Part shown: positions 25,218-39,050 of the stretch, in pieces
Position numbering within the stretch: the stretch's first letter is position 1
Layout of the letters: each line of letters opens with the position of its first letter
Assembly (NCBI GenBank): GCA_964016885.1
Contig: OZ024740.1
Coordinates: forward strand, 90,458,001 to 90,522,000
Source of the DNA: Eledone cirrhosa
Lineage: Eukaryota
DNA length: 64,000 nt
Reading direction: 5' to 3'
Translations under genes and position numbers: made by a program
The notes under the pieces: generated by a model
What the model saw: only the letters and a program-made list of their open reading frames with translations
Told to the model about the DNA's origin: nothing
The model's database searches: none

Positions 25218-28149
25218 TTGAAAGGTACTACTTTTCCCTTTTGTTTGTGATTCAAGAGAAAGGTAAGAAATTCTTCATATTTTGCATGTTTTGTATTTTG
25301 ACTTTACAGTTTGAATTGTAAAATTGTGTATCCACTCAAAATATTACAACAGCTAACATTGAAATATAGAACTTAAAAAAAAAAAGCTTTTCGACTAAGA
25401 TCAAATCTTTGAGAACATTCACGTCTATTTTTCAAAAATGTATAATTTGAAATAGCTTACTTTTGTTTTGGACTGAAACTTTTTTGTATTTAATTCGTAC
25501 GAGTATTTTTTAAATATTTTTTTAAAGATTCTAACATAACTTGATTTGGCCCAGTATCTACTGATATCAAAATCAGTAGTATATTGAAATATGGAAAAAT
25601 AGGGTAGGGGACATATCGTGATTTCGAGGGGCAAATGGGAGCGTTTGGCCGAAATGGGTTGAGAACCTTTGGTATAGACCAGACTAATTAATTTAAATAT
25701 GAAGGAATATATTTTTTGTTTAAATTCCTAATTTGAATTTCAAGGAATTTGATTTATTTGAATTACTAACTCAGTATAAATTCCCTGCATTTGCTATTGT
25801 ATTATGATAATTACCTCCTTTTGTCCTGTATTGTGTGTAAACCCTTGTGGTTAATAAAGAAAGCATTATGATTATTACCTCCCTGTAACCTACCTGCCAG
25901 TTTTGTTTATTAGCAACTAATGTCGAAATTACCTGCCTCTGAAAAACTCTCATATATTTTTTAACAAAAGAAATAACATTCAATCTTGGGTGTGGCCATC
26001 TTTCTTTATATAACAAAGTTGTATATATACTCTCAAAATCGTAAGTGAGAGACCGCATGTGTGCGTGGGTGTCATATGTTTGTGTATAAATGTGAAGGTA
26101 TTCATGTGTTTATGATTATATACTAGTATGGATGGAAACTTGAAATATTATCACATATCTATTTCGTATTAATGATGTGATAAGAAATATGACTGATGAA
26201 ATGCATTCATGACAACTGAATATTTATTTGATGCTTTTCTTAATTAATTTTCCGCATATAAATGATTTCAAAATATTGCTTATTATTTGCTTTGATCAAT
26301 TGATATTTCCATGTAGTTGAATTCGGATTATATTTCTAACTTAAACTAATTATGTGATATTAGTTTACGATACCTGATACAAAGGCTTTTACATCAAATA
26401 TTTCGGGCACCAATCAAGACAATAAGCAAATAAGTATTTTATATAATGTTTATTTCCGTTTGCCCCCATATACTATATTATTTCAAACTGGTATTAATAA
26501 CTCGATCCCCAGGTCTTAGATCTATATCATACTTTAGCCGGTATGTTCTATTTAGAGGAAATTTGCACAACTTCGATGCGTTTGATTGACCTAATAAAGG
26601 GCATCTAACGGGTTCGCTGTATATCACGTCGACCAAGTATAGCGAATCAAGTACATACAAACGGGGCGTTAATCGAATTGCGTATCTGGTATTGGGTTTG
26701 TATTTCTTACATGTTTCATTTTTTTTATGAGAATCTAATGTTATATAATTTACCATATATTTATTACTTCGTATATATTTAAATATACTATCTTTTTTTT
26801 TATTATTATTTGTCTCGTATGTTTTATTGTATCTGAACATTCTTCCTTCAGGTAAAAACTATTTTTTCCCATTTCCTTTAGACAGCAATTCAGATTTCTA
26901 CATTAAATATTTCGAAAGGGAATAGGCGAAAAAAATACTTTCAGATGGTTATTTCGAAAACTCATAAATGTAAATGCAATTTCTAGCTTTGGGAAAATTT
27001 AATATGTGTTCTTTTTATGCCTCTTTAATATTGGTTTTATTGCAACTTCCCCAAAATATGTTTTATATTGATTACTTTTTTTTTTTTTTGTAATGTATTT
27101 TCTTTTCATAAAGATTAAACCACATGCTCTGATACCGTATGGATTCTAATATCGAATATAGCTTCCCTTTTTTTCTTATTGATTTGAATATTAAAGAATA
27201 TTATTCAAAATCCACATTCGACTGTTGGTTTTAAAACTGACTTCATGTATCATCTCCATTTCATTTTGTAATATAAACATTTTTCAATAATTGTTTAAGT
27301 ATACATAAATTAAAGAAATTTCAAAACTAAAGGGGATACATATTGTTTTATATAAAGTAAATTACAATAAGGTTTACTACGATTTTAAAAGGAATTCTCA
27401 AATTCATCACAATCAACCAACATATGCAATTTAATTCATCATCATATATAATAAGTATCAAATGATTAATAAAGAAGATAGGATCATAAAATGATAAAAT
27501 TCGAAACGCTTATAAGTTAAAATCAGAAACTACAATTATTCAGCAAAATAAAGTTAAATGTTAAAAATGTTATTAAAATGTCTTTTTTGGTTTTTTTTTG
27601 TTTTCAGCAATACATTGCCTGATATTCAAAGTAAAACACATTTTATTTCATGCATTTTACTGCATTGCGCTTCTTAACGTGTACATGTGAACGATAATTA
27701 CTTTTTCTGCATTTGTGTTAGTCATTCCCTCTAACCATTAACTTAGATGTTATGTTTTGAAATCAGAGGAAAGTATACACTTTAAGATATAATCGTATAT
27801 TATAAATACACTAAGAAAAAGAAACTTTTATCAATGTACAGTGATTGAGAAAATGATTACAAACTGTAGAGTAAAATGTAGAACACAATGAGAACATATT
27901 GTAATAGTGTATTTATTTAAATATTACCTGATCGATATAGAAACAATTTTAATGTGAAATAAAGTTTACAAAAAGCTGCAATACTTATCGTAACTTTATA
28001 TACACTCGGCAAACTACAGGTACCTCAATCCTGGAGCACAACCGAACGAGAGCCGGACCTAGTAACTGCATTGAGTGTTTCTATCAGCGTCTCCGTTAGT
28101 AACTACACGTGACTCACATAATAGCATACATATATAAGTATATATATAT

Positions 28150-29350
28150 ACTCGGGCTACATTCAAGATGTTTTCAAACATTTATATTTCAGGCAATTTC
28201 GTTGAAATACTTAACTGTTACATAGATAATACATCATTAATAGGTTTTTAGTAAACTAACATGATAAATAATTTTTCATGGCTGCAGATTACACGTATTA
28301 CCACAGCTAACTGACGACCCCATGCTGTCAGGACGTGAGGATAACTTGGCGGTTTGATATGCAATAATGTATTGTGTCAAGCTTGGCAACAACGTTGCAG
28401 AAAACTATGAATTCGTGAATTATTCATGCGGTTTTGCTTTTATCAACCGTGCAACGTTTTTCCATTAACACAACAGATTCCAGAAGGGCAAGCAGCAGCT
28501 GTGGGATGATGAGATATGTGGCAGTGAGATGGACATCATGACGCAAAAGTTGGTCGACAAAATTCGCAGAGTTCAAGAATATTGCTATATAATTTAAAAT
28601 GGCCGTACACAGAATCAATCATGACAATGAGGACATCTGCAAAGTCTGTGCTATGTTTGTTCCTACGGTGCTCAATGAAGATAGAACAAAAGAAGAGGAA
28701 CATTTATGACATCAGGGAGATGGGGATGTGGGTCGCTTGAAATACATGTGTCAAAGAGGACCTAGTAACCTGCGATGAGTGCTGGATTTGCTCTTATGAT
28801 CCAGAGACCAAGTAATAGTGTACCCAGTGGAAATGTTGTGACTCCCCAATTCCCAAGAAGGCCAGGATAAGCCAGACCTCTGGGAAGTTTATGATCAGAT
28901 TCTTTGATGACAAGGGTGTTTTACAGTAGCTGGGTCACCCATAGACACACAGCCAACAAAGAATACTATGTAGAGGTTTTGAGACTGTTCATAAGGCGAT
29001 TTCGTCACAATAGACCCACACTCTTCCCGTTTGTTCAGTGGCACTTTACCAGGACAATGTCCCCAGCACAATCCCAACTTGGCCTATATGGTGTTCACGA
29101 CTTAGCTACACGCAACTTCTGGATGTTCATGAAACTGAAGGAGAAGATCAGGGGCATCAGATTTGGGATGTTGAGAAAATGAATGTTGGGAAAATGAATG
29201 AGTCTATGACTACCACTCTGGACACCTTCAGTTTCGAGGTCTATAAAGGGGCTTTCCAGAAGCGACTGGAGCGCTACAACAAGTGCATCTAGGTTGAGGG
29301 AGAGTAGTGTTTTGTGGGAGAGTCGTGTTTTGTGTCAAATATATGTTTCA
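28150..29350 (+). mobile_element. mariner DNA transposon relic
   Basis: Frameshifted transposase motifs VTCDECWICSYDPETK, PKKAR, NKEYYVEVL, QDN, DLA..FWMF.KLKEKIRG.RF and ERYNKCI. Confidence 0.8.
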
Positions 29351-30499
29351 TTGATAACTATCTCAACACTTCGTCAGTCGGATGATGAGGATTTGATACG
29401 ACATTTGATACGTTAAACTAAAGGTCGCGTCCGCTCTGTCATCGCAGATGTTGTAAACCCACAGCCACCACATGGAAATTAACCCACAGCCACCACATGG
29501 AAATTATTTGTTTTGCTTGCACCAACTGATGCATACTTTCCGCCGAACTTACTACTCCTCCTGGTTTACACGGCTTGCCTTGAATGCACTGGTGGCCTGC
29601 TGGATGGTACGACGCCAAACATTGCAGTCAGTACCCAGACAGGTCCATCGCTAGGGGTTGATGGTGCATCATTTTACGGTTTTTAACATGTCTTTATATT
29701 GCCTTTTCGGCGCACAACTTTTTCGTCACAGGTTGAAGTGGTTTCCATCAGGGCAAATCTAATTCATTTTTCTTTTCATCTTTAAACCCATCTGGGCGTG
29801 GAGGGCCTAGTTTTTGTTGGAGTCAGCATCTCCACTATCCTCTCCTAACTAATCTCCTACTGCTTGCCTTCTCTTACCATGCCGTTCTCTGTTTAAAAAC
29901 AGGTAGCAGAGGTGTAAAAGACGAGTCTCTGGTGCGTCAGAACCAGACATATGTGGTAAGATCAGGCTCGTCACCCTCGGGATACAGCATTCCTAGGAGA
30001 AGTACACGTTCGACCCAAAGCAAAACTAGCGTCATAGGCTCCTTAGCATTGGTTGGCAACTGCCTAGGAGAAGGGCACTCCAAAGCAAAACCTACGGCCT
30101 GTTAATGTCACTGTCACATTCTCGGCTTGCCTGGCCACAAAGATCGAACACCAGATTTAAAATTTGGTGCCCGTTATGCGCACACTAAACCCAAAGATAA
30201 AATACCAATGTGCCGGCTGTCAAGCCTTTCAATATCCCATCACTTCGACAATTCTCCTGAAAGTCCTTCAACGAAGTGTGAGGGGTGAAAACGCAGGTGA
30301 AAGATGTCACTAGGAGACGCTGTCCCAAACTTACATGTAGACGGCTCGTGTTAGAAAGTCGTCTTTTCCTGACTTGAAAGCAATGGCATCACACGGCAGC
30401 TCCCTGAGCTCCAACAGTCCTTTTTGGGGATAGCACTGCTCACTACTCACAGAGGAGGGCCTAAAAAGCGGGGCCTCAAGAAGTATTGTCTTTTATGCA

Positions 30500-32000
30500 C
30501 CCATTAGATATACTGCAACCAAAGGGCTTCTCTTCGACGTACTATCACAATAATCAAAAAAGCGTAACCCAAAAGCAACCAAAAGTGTGGCCACGCCTAA
30601 ATTTGCTGTGCCATGCTGAAATATCAGAACATTGCTTGACCTCCCAAATAGCTAATGTCAAAAGCCTAAGTCGTTCACGAACTCTTTCGACTGGACATAG
30701 ATGCAGAGACTCACAGCGTACTTCGTCTCCCTGAAGAGGACAGTCTGAGGGAATATGACGCAAGCTACACATTCTACTGGAGTGAAAGTTCAAAGGAAAA
30801 TAAGCACAGCAACCCCCCCTTCATCCAACAAACCACAATGACCACATAATGTCCATGCTCTTTCCCCTCCAAGCCCGGCAGCATGCCACTATTAGCCTTT
30901 ACCCCCAACTGTTTACATCGATCAATGAAAGAGTTGGTCAATACGCCGAGAACTGGAGAAGTGTGGTGGGGAAATATGGTAAAGGAAGCTGTTATGACAA
31001 TGGACGTTTGTTCCTGGAAATCTGTGCTGAGCACTGTTTCCCCTTTACTAACACCCTTTTCCTACAGAAGAATCAATTGAATATGACCTGGATGCACCCC
31101 CGATGCAACCACTGGCACTTAAACGATTACGTAAGTATGCAACAATGTGGCCAGAAGGCTGTGTGTCCCACCAAGGTAAGGCCAGTTGCAGAATGTCAAT
31201 AATACCATCACCTCATTTGCCGCCAATTCAACTTCCTTTTTAGCTTAAGTCGAAGATGAAAAAACACTGCATTGGGTGGCTCCTATCTAGAGTGGACAAA
31301 GCAAAGCTCCAGCATGACATGAGGCTCAAACGTGAGGGAGATATTTACACTGTTGATTTGCTACGTAAACCAATCTAGGATGGCCTCATGAATACTGCCC
31401 TGCAAATTGCCCAAGTATCGTTTGGATTTTCATCAAAGAAAAACCAAGATTGGTTTGATGAGAATGACAGGGAAATTCAGGAGTGCCTTGCAAGTAAAAG
31501 GTCATTATATGCGGCCTATATGAGTCACCCTTCAAGTTTCAAAAGAGGTAGCCTTTCGGCACACCTATGTTGAACTCCAGTGTAGAGCCCCAGGAAATTC
31601 AAAACAAGGGGTGACCTGGTGTTCCGAAAACATCGAAGTGATGCAGATACCGGAAATTATGGGTTGTTCTATCAAGCCCTGAAAGCAGGTCCATCGTACC
31701 TTCCCGGCAACAACCTGACACTCAAGGAAATCATGCTAGCTATTAATATGATGAATACCGGCAATGCCGAATGCGTCTACGGCATTCCCCAGCGGTCTTA
31801 ATCAATATCGGTCCCACACTTCTCTCCAGACTTTATGAACTCTTCATCAGTTGCTGAGAACATAGCACACATCCACCAGACATGCGAGATGAAATCATCA
31901 TTAAACATTATTTCGACCCGGCGAAAGTGTTTCACATCGGGAAAAGAACTGTTGCAAAGATTTCATTTCTCACTTTGTCTACATGACTGGAAACACCTCC
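30500..32000 (+). mobile_element. RTE (BovB-like) LINE relic, endonuclease and linker region
   Basis: NGRLFLEICAEH..TNTLF..TWMHPRCNHWHLNDYV and KKNQDWFDEND. The 5' UTR may extend to about 29750. Confidence 0.78.
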
Positions 32001-32198
32001 TGCATAACTACAAAGCTCCGGATTGAATAACAGCATCATTCTAATATTCTAATCAACTCAAATAATCTATTCCGGACATTCGCAGTTATCTCCCTTGCAC
32101 CTATAGCCCGTGGTTTTGTATCGCTTGGGTGAAGTGAACGTTACTGCGCATGCGCGTTCATACGATTGTTTTTCCTGTTCCGTATAACCATTATTAGT

Positions 32199-32239
32199 CC
32201 GAGCTGAAGATCCGAATAAGGTGAAACAATTGTTCTAGG
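32199..32239 (+). ncRNA. minimal type-I hammerhead ribozyme (GUU triplet)
   Basis: ccgag-CTGAAGA-tCC gaataa GGt-GAAA-C aatt GTT-ctagg. It is followed by an inverted copy of its downstream sequence (32228-32260 vs 32281-32313). Confidence 0.65.
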
Positions 32240-32593
32240 TATGGTGAATTAACTGTTGTGTGTATATATATAAGTAGTAACACAACAGTTAGTTCACCAT
32301 ACGGAGAACAATTTTTATTGTTATATTGTTATATTTGAGAAGGGTTATATTGCAAAAAAAAAAAAATAATAAATGCTGAAACACCAGTTGAGCTTCACTT
32401 TAACCTATTATAATAATTTACCATCAGTGTGTTTTATACCAGAATGGTTGTTTAATTGTTGATTGTCAATAAACCTTCGTTGCATATTATGTGACCTATC
32501 AATGACTACTTTTGTTATTTATTTCCTCCACTTTCTTGTGTTATTGAAGATCGTTTTGTCATATAAAACCCCCCATAGACAATTTCACACACG

Positions 32594-32645
<52 letters not shown>

Positions 32646-32699
32646 CAAATATCTATATATACATATATATAGTTTTGCCAACTATTATCCCTTCTGCCA

Positions 32700-34300
32700 A
32701 TGGAAAGTATTTAACCGATACAACAGCACATCAGCTTCGTGTCACCTCATACTGATATGATTGCCATTTAACACATATTAGGCAGCACACGATAAATGCT
32801 TGCCCTAAACTACATTCAAATCTCCAACACCATTCTCTCTAAAGATAGTGATAGGCTTTTTTCTGCACTTAGACTCATCTCACAACCCAAGCATTCCACA
32901 TACTTAATAGGAAAATAGCAAAATTTACATTATCAATTCTTGCGTCGATGCATCTCCATTACCACCTCGCAACTCCCAACAATTAAGTATCCTTTCAAAT
33001 GTTTTATTTTCACATCCACCAGCTACTCATTTTCCATTAACTTTCTTGGGGTTTATGCCTCAATCAAGACCCAAATCCCCCCACTCTCTCTATCTCTATT
33101 TCTATGAAACTACTGCCTCAGACTCTTACCCAAAATCAACTAGTGTCATGCCAAACGCTGTAAATCTTTCATCACCTACTGACAATCTCTGTGTCTTCAA
33201 AATTACCAGGATTCTGAGGAAGTGTAATACATTGTTTTCTTGCTGCATTTTGTTCGCTGGTACTAGCCAGATTAAATATTCACAACCCTTTTCAACAAGG
33301 TTTAAATGTAGATCGAACACCTGCTAAAACGACAGCCTTTCACATTTCCCTTCACCATTTTGCTTTTCACCTCAAGTTCCATTTTAATATGTTAGGTTAA
33401 TAGCAGTTCGCTTCAAGATATTACGGTAAACTACATTACCTTCATTCACAGTGCCACCGCGCAACTCTTCTATTCCTATAACCACTTCAGACCTTTACAT
33501 ACACAAACATCTGTTGTAATACTTGTTCCTATGTAAACGACACTATCCCCCTCTTTGGAAATTTGTGATTAGGAGTATGTATGAGCCATCCACTTAAGTA
33601 ACACTACATTACCTGTAATATCACAACACCTCTCAGTCAGCAGTTTTCTACTGCCGAATGGATTACCTGCGTCACGCTATCGTACGAAACACCAACACGC
33701 TTTTGTACTTGATCCTCTGTCTCTTTTGTTATAACCAGTACAATGAAGTTGACTACATGCCCTCAAAATGCACGACATTCAAACAAAAATATGGAATTCC
33801 CATTCATTAATCATCATGTGGTGTGCTTATATCACTTAGACATAGAGTATTTCACATAATCTCTTGCTAACTTCAGACATAATCATATTTCGACGTTCAC
33901 ACTCCTATCTACATTCAGATATCCAGTGTTTATTAGCTATCTCCTATAAATTGTACACATTTGTATCACCTACGTTTTTTTCTTTCTCTCTCATTTCCAC
34001 CACAACTTTTCCTTTTCACTCTCCTCTCCTCTTCTCAATCTTTGTCACTTCCCAGCTGGTCCTGGTAGGCCACAATTTCTCCAGTTTCGTAACTACTCCA
34101 AACGCCAGGCACTGTTTGTCTACCTCATCTCTAAAACACTAGCACCATCTAAACTTTTTTCAACCTTATCTCCAAATTGATTTCTTCCAATTTCTTTCGT
34201 ATTACATAAGGTATAACTTTTAACTTGAATCCTCAGATGTGTTTTAATTTTCTTTCCACTACATTCTATTTTCTTTCCACAAAGTTTTATTTTATTTCTA
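32700..34300 (-). mobile_element. very decayed LINE (probably RTE-type) relic
   Basis: Strongly strand-skewed, coding-like composition without intact motifs. The family call is weak. Confidence 0.3.
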
Positions 34301-34610
34301 TTGAATTTGTTTAACTTTCAGGGAATAACATTTGATTTGGCATGTTCCTTCAGGTGAAAGCATGAGACGAAGTTGTGAAGAAAGGATTCTTAAAAGAAAA
34401 TAATTCGGAATGAGATTAAACTACAACGTGAAACATGTCTCTACGTCACAAGCAACGACAGAATGCTCCAATCAGCCTCGGCCGAGTAAGAAAGTGCTTT
34501 AGACTTTTTTTAATAAGGAATGTATGACATGGGGGTTTTGTTCAACCAGAAAATTCTCGGGACACGGTGAAACGTTTAAACCAGGTCGACAAGGAATGAT
34601 TATATATATA

Positions 34611-35365
34611 CTAGCAGCAGTACCCAGCGTTGCCTGGGTAGGTACAATAATATCTGCTTTGATGAAAAGGTGTTGACATTAGCGACTGCTTCTCGATGAC
34701 TCATCTATGGCCACACACAGGCCATGCGGAGGAGGGTTGTGATGACCTCTATCACTGAGACACGCGGGTGACTGACGAAGGGGCATGCTGGGGGAGGGAG
34801 TTTCGAATTTGAACGAAATCGGTTGAAAAATGTAGGAGCTAGAGCCGAAAAGGTGGTATTTTCGAATATTTAAGCGGCTGCCACGCCGTTCCTGAACAAA
34901 AAACCAGAAATGTAAAGCCACTTTAAGACGTGAAATAATCAGATCTAACGTAGTGTAAAATTTGTACAAAGTAGGTTGATTAATGTGGGAGCTAGAGCCG
35001 AAAAAGTGGAAATTTGAGTCTAAAAGTGGTATTTTTGCATATTTAAGCGTCTGCCACACCGTCCGTGAACAACAAATGCGAAATATAAAGGAATTACATG
35101 ATGTACAATGATAAGTTCTATTTTGCTTTAAAATTTGAACGAAATCAATGGCAAAATGTGGGAGGTATAGCCAAAAATCTTATTTTTTGATACCTAAAAA
35201 AGGTGACCCTCCCTATCGATTTTTATCTCCAGAATTACCCAAGAATAAAAAACAATACGCTCATATTTAGAAAACATTCACCGATGACTACTCTATGAGC
35301 CTGTAAAGTTTCATGAAAATCGGTCCTAAGATGTAGGCCCCTATAGGTAATACACAGACACACAG

Positions 35366-35375
<10 letters not shown>
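34611..35375 (-). mobile_element. non-autonomous Helitron-like element
   Basis: Minus-strand 3' end has hairpin cccaggcaacgctggg followed by CTAG|T at 34611. Internal repeats aaatttgaacgaaatc and ggagctagagccgaaaa. The 5' end is microsatellite-rich. Confidence 0.6.
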
Positions 35376-35400
<25 letters not shown>

Positions 35401-37169
35401 CATTAAGCACAATAATGTATACACACAAGGAGGTGTGTGGTGATATAGACGAGTAAATTAAAATAGAATAATTGAAGATAGAGAAGGAATGATTAGAAGA
35501 AAAAATTAACATAATATCAGGAGGAGTATGGAAAAAAACGCCGGGGAAATTAGAAAGACGGAACGAAGAATAGAGAATAGAATGCAAAAGCTGGAGAAGC
35601 GTGTGAGGAATGTTTAACTTGACATTTCGTAAATATGTAATATTTGGCTTTGCAAGAATTTTGATTCAATCTAATTTCCAATTGTGCACCCAATATTAGA
35701 TTCATTAATATTTATAGAGAAATAAATACCCATTAATATTTATCTTATCCGAAACAAAGAAACGTATCTTTATCAGATAAAACTTCTACAAACCTTTGTA
35801 CGTTAAATAAATATAAATAAATAATGTTATTTACGATATTTACCCTTAAACACAAAAGTGTATTTCAAGTATTCCAATTTAATCATTGATACACATTGTT
35901 AATTTATGATACATGAAATAATTCCAGATGCATTTCCATGGTCCAGATTTTAATTTCGGTTCTCGGTTATGTTCCGCATTCGCACCTTCTTAGATCAGGA
36001 TGGAGAAATGCTTTATTTTACGGCCTTAGAAGGAGAAAATGAGAAAGAGATTGTGGGTGTGTGCAGGTGTGGTTGTGTGTATTTCTTCATGAATGTGTTT
36101 TTCTCCATTTTTGTGCGTTCAGCAGGCGATTTTTGTGGTTTTCTTGTCTGGTTGGCATTACAAAATTGAGATTTATTATATAATTCCAGTCGGCAACTAA
36201 AAGTCTTCATGAATTCAATAAGATCGATTATATATTTCACTGCAAGTATGTTCCATTCAAATTATATGAAAAACTGGATAGAAACTAGACATATTGTTGC
36301 AAAACAATATGCAGAAAAAGAGGGAAGGATTCTGGGGATATATACATGGAAGAGACATGTTGAAATATAATAGGAATTCTGAAAGATTGCAAAGAGTGAA
36401 ACGAGAGTTATATGGAGTACGGCAGCAAGGGAATATGATAATGATATGAGGCAAGGTGACAAATACGATGAAACGAATGCCAAAATAAAAGCAAAGCAAG
36501 TGGTCATGATGGAGTGGTTGGATAATGGTTAGAGAAATTTAGCAGTGTTCATAATCAGATCACAAAACAGCTTAATGTAATCATCATTATTATTATCAAC
36601 ATCATCACCATCATCATTATTTTTTTGTATTTGACACGAACTGATATGTTTGTTCCCTCCTTTTTACCTGTTGCTCTCTGAAAGACTAGTATTTCTCGAG
36701 GACTTTCAAAATTTAAACAGTTTGTACGTGCTTAAGCCTGTTTGCAATGATAGTGAATTTTATTTAATTAATTTAGAAATAAATAAAAAATTATTTCTTT
36801 TTCTTCGATTTGAAATAATTGGATGTTAACAATATCGGCAATTCAATTCCATTTTTGTGTGAATTGGTTTGATATGTATACATGCACAAATATTTGAAAA
36901 TGCAAATAAATTCATATACAGTATTAATGGAAACCATTAAAAATTATCAAGTGAGGGTCAGAAGAAAATGGTCTAATTTTGCAAGATGAATGATAATGAG
37001 TATTCTCTACGTATGGGTGCAGATATATGTCTTTGTTGTATACATCTTGGCAAGGAAAAGGTAAAACTCATGGGATTCAATAACTTAGGTTTACTGTATT
37101 CTAATTTTCATCTTGTTCGCCCAATTAATTCTGAGAGGTTCGCGAATGAAGATTACGCAAACATTCCTT

Positions 37170-39050
37170 CGGCGGGTTCTGTCAGATGCGACCATCTACA
37201 ATGTATCTGGTTGCATCCCAAACCGAGACCTGTATAGCTCATGGACGTTATCCAACCCTCGGGATCTTCAACAGGGTCTCCTGTCGGTTGGTTTTCCCGC
37301 TTAAACTATGTCCAGCGATTCTTACAAGATGCATTCTAATCACCTGTCCATAGTGTTGACGCACTGATCCCTCAATTGAGAGAAGTAGAGACTCTCTGAT
37401 CTCTGAGCTACGCATTTTATCGATTTATGTTACTCGAGAGTGCATTCGGAGGAACACCATTTTGGCGGTTTGAAATCGCGATCGCATGCTATCGGTCATG
37501 GCACAAGAATCAAGACCATAATTATGGGTTGGCACGAATATCGAGATAAAGAAAGACAATTTGGATTTCAACCCTATCGCCGTCTTTTAATAACAAATGC
37601 TGAATTTGGCGCATTACTGTAATTCGTGCACTTAATTCAGCATCCTGACATCCATTGTTCGTGAACGCGACACCGTGGAACTTGAACTTCTCCACCTGCG
37701 TAAGTGGAAATCCATTCTCATGTGGAGAGCATTGCACATAGTACGAGTGCCTCAGTTTTCACAGCAATGATCTAACTTCCAGCTATGCAGCACCGGACAT
37801 CAAACCAATTAAGTGCCGGTCGGATATCACCTACTGCTGAGTTAATTAACACAATGTCATGTGCAACATCCAGTCGACTAGCGTTGCTCCTACCAGTCAT
37901 GATATCTCTTCCAACGTGGCTGCACATTTCAATCATCTTCATGAAAATAATAAACGGGAGAGGTAATAGGGTGCATCTTTTCAGAGTCCTACTTCCATAT
38001 TGAATAGTTTCGATTCATCCGAACACAAGTATTCGGGGATTCGTATAAAAACATTATGGCAGCAAAAATCTATCCATCGATACCACACTTCTGCATAAAC
38101 TTCCACATCAGGTCCCGAGGTGCATGATCATATGTCTTTTCGATGTCGAAAAAACAGGAATATACCTCTTGGCAATATTCCCATGATTTCACGAAGACCT
38201 GACGCAGCGTGAATATTTGGTTGGCCGTGCTGCGTCCGGTGCGAAAGCCTCATTATTCTCTAAATAGCTTGGACTCGACAAGCTCCGTGCATTTATTTGC
38301 CAGATACTTAGCATAGACTTTACCGGGGTGGTTTAACAAGGAATTCCACCTGTAATTCGAACAATCTCAATCGTCTGCGTTTTTGAAAATTGGGTTGACC
38401 GCAACCGATTGCCATTGCTTAGGTGTTATTCCAGAGATCCAGGCCTCCCATCACAGAAGAGTCAGCCAGCGAATACCTTCTCTATTTAAGGCTATTAACA
38501 TTCTGTGTCGGATTTCATGTTAACGAGTGCACTTTAACTGTACTTATGATCTCAGCCTCTGAGAGATCAGTCACCGCTTTCAAATGCCCTTCATGTACAT
38601 CAGAAAATGAAGTAATCATTGGGTTGAAAAGATCAGCAAATTATTCACTGCACCGCGCAAAGTTCCACCTCTCTGAAGGTAGAACCCCAGATGCGTTCGC
38701 GTTCTGATAGCTGGTGTGGAGGAGGACTTCTTAATATGAAGTCGCTAGATGAACTGCCAGAGATCTTTATTTGATGATCTGCAGTCCTACTCCAGCTTAA
38801 CCCCAAATTCCTCCGATCACACAAGTTTGGACGCCTCTGCTGTCTCTGCTGCGATACTTCGTGCATTATCATACCGCGTGTGTAGTCAGAAGGACTCATT
38901 TCTAAGACAAGCTATGTAGGTCTCCTATTTGCTCGAATGGTATATTTGACCTCCTGAATGAACCAAGTAGTTATCCTACCATTCGGCACTCTACCAAGAC
39001 TGTCCCATCGACAACTTTTAAGAGCCGAAGCAGAAACAGCTCAGCTAAAC
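37170..39050 (-). mobile_element. RTE-type LINE relic (RT region)
   Basis: Minus-strand translation near 38100-38250 reads GFRTGRSTANQIFTLRQVFVKSWEYCQEVYSCFFDIEKTYD. Confidence 0.78.

Noticed and set aside
25425-26840. Three minus-strand ORFs (69-120 aa)
   Set aside because: No recognisable domain and ambiguous splice signals. A gene call cannot be supported.
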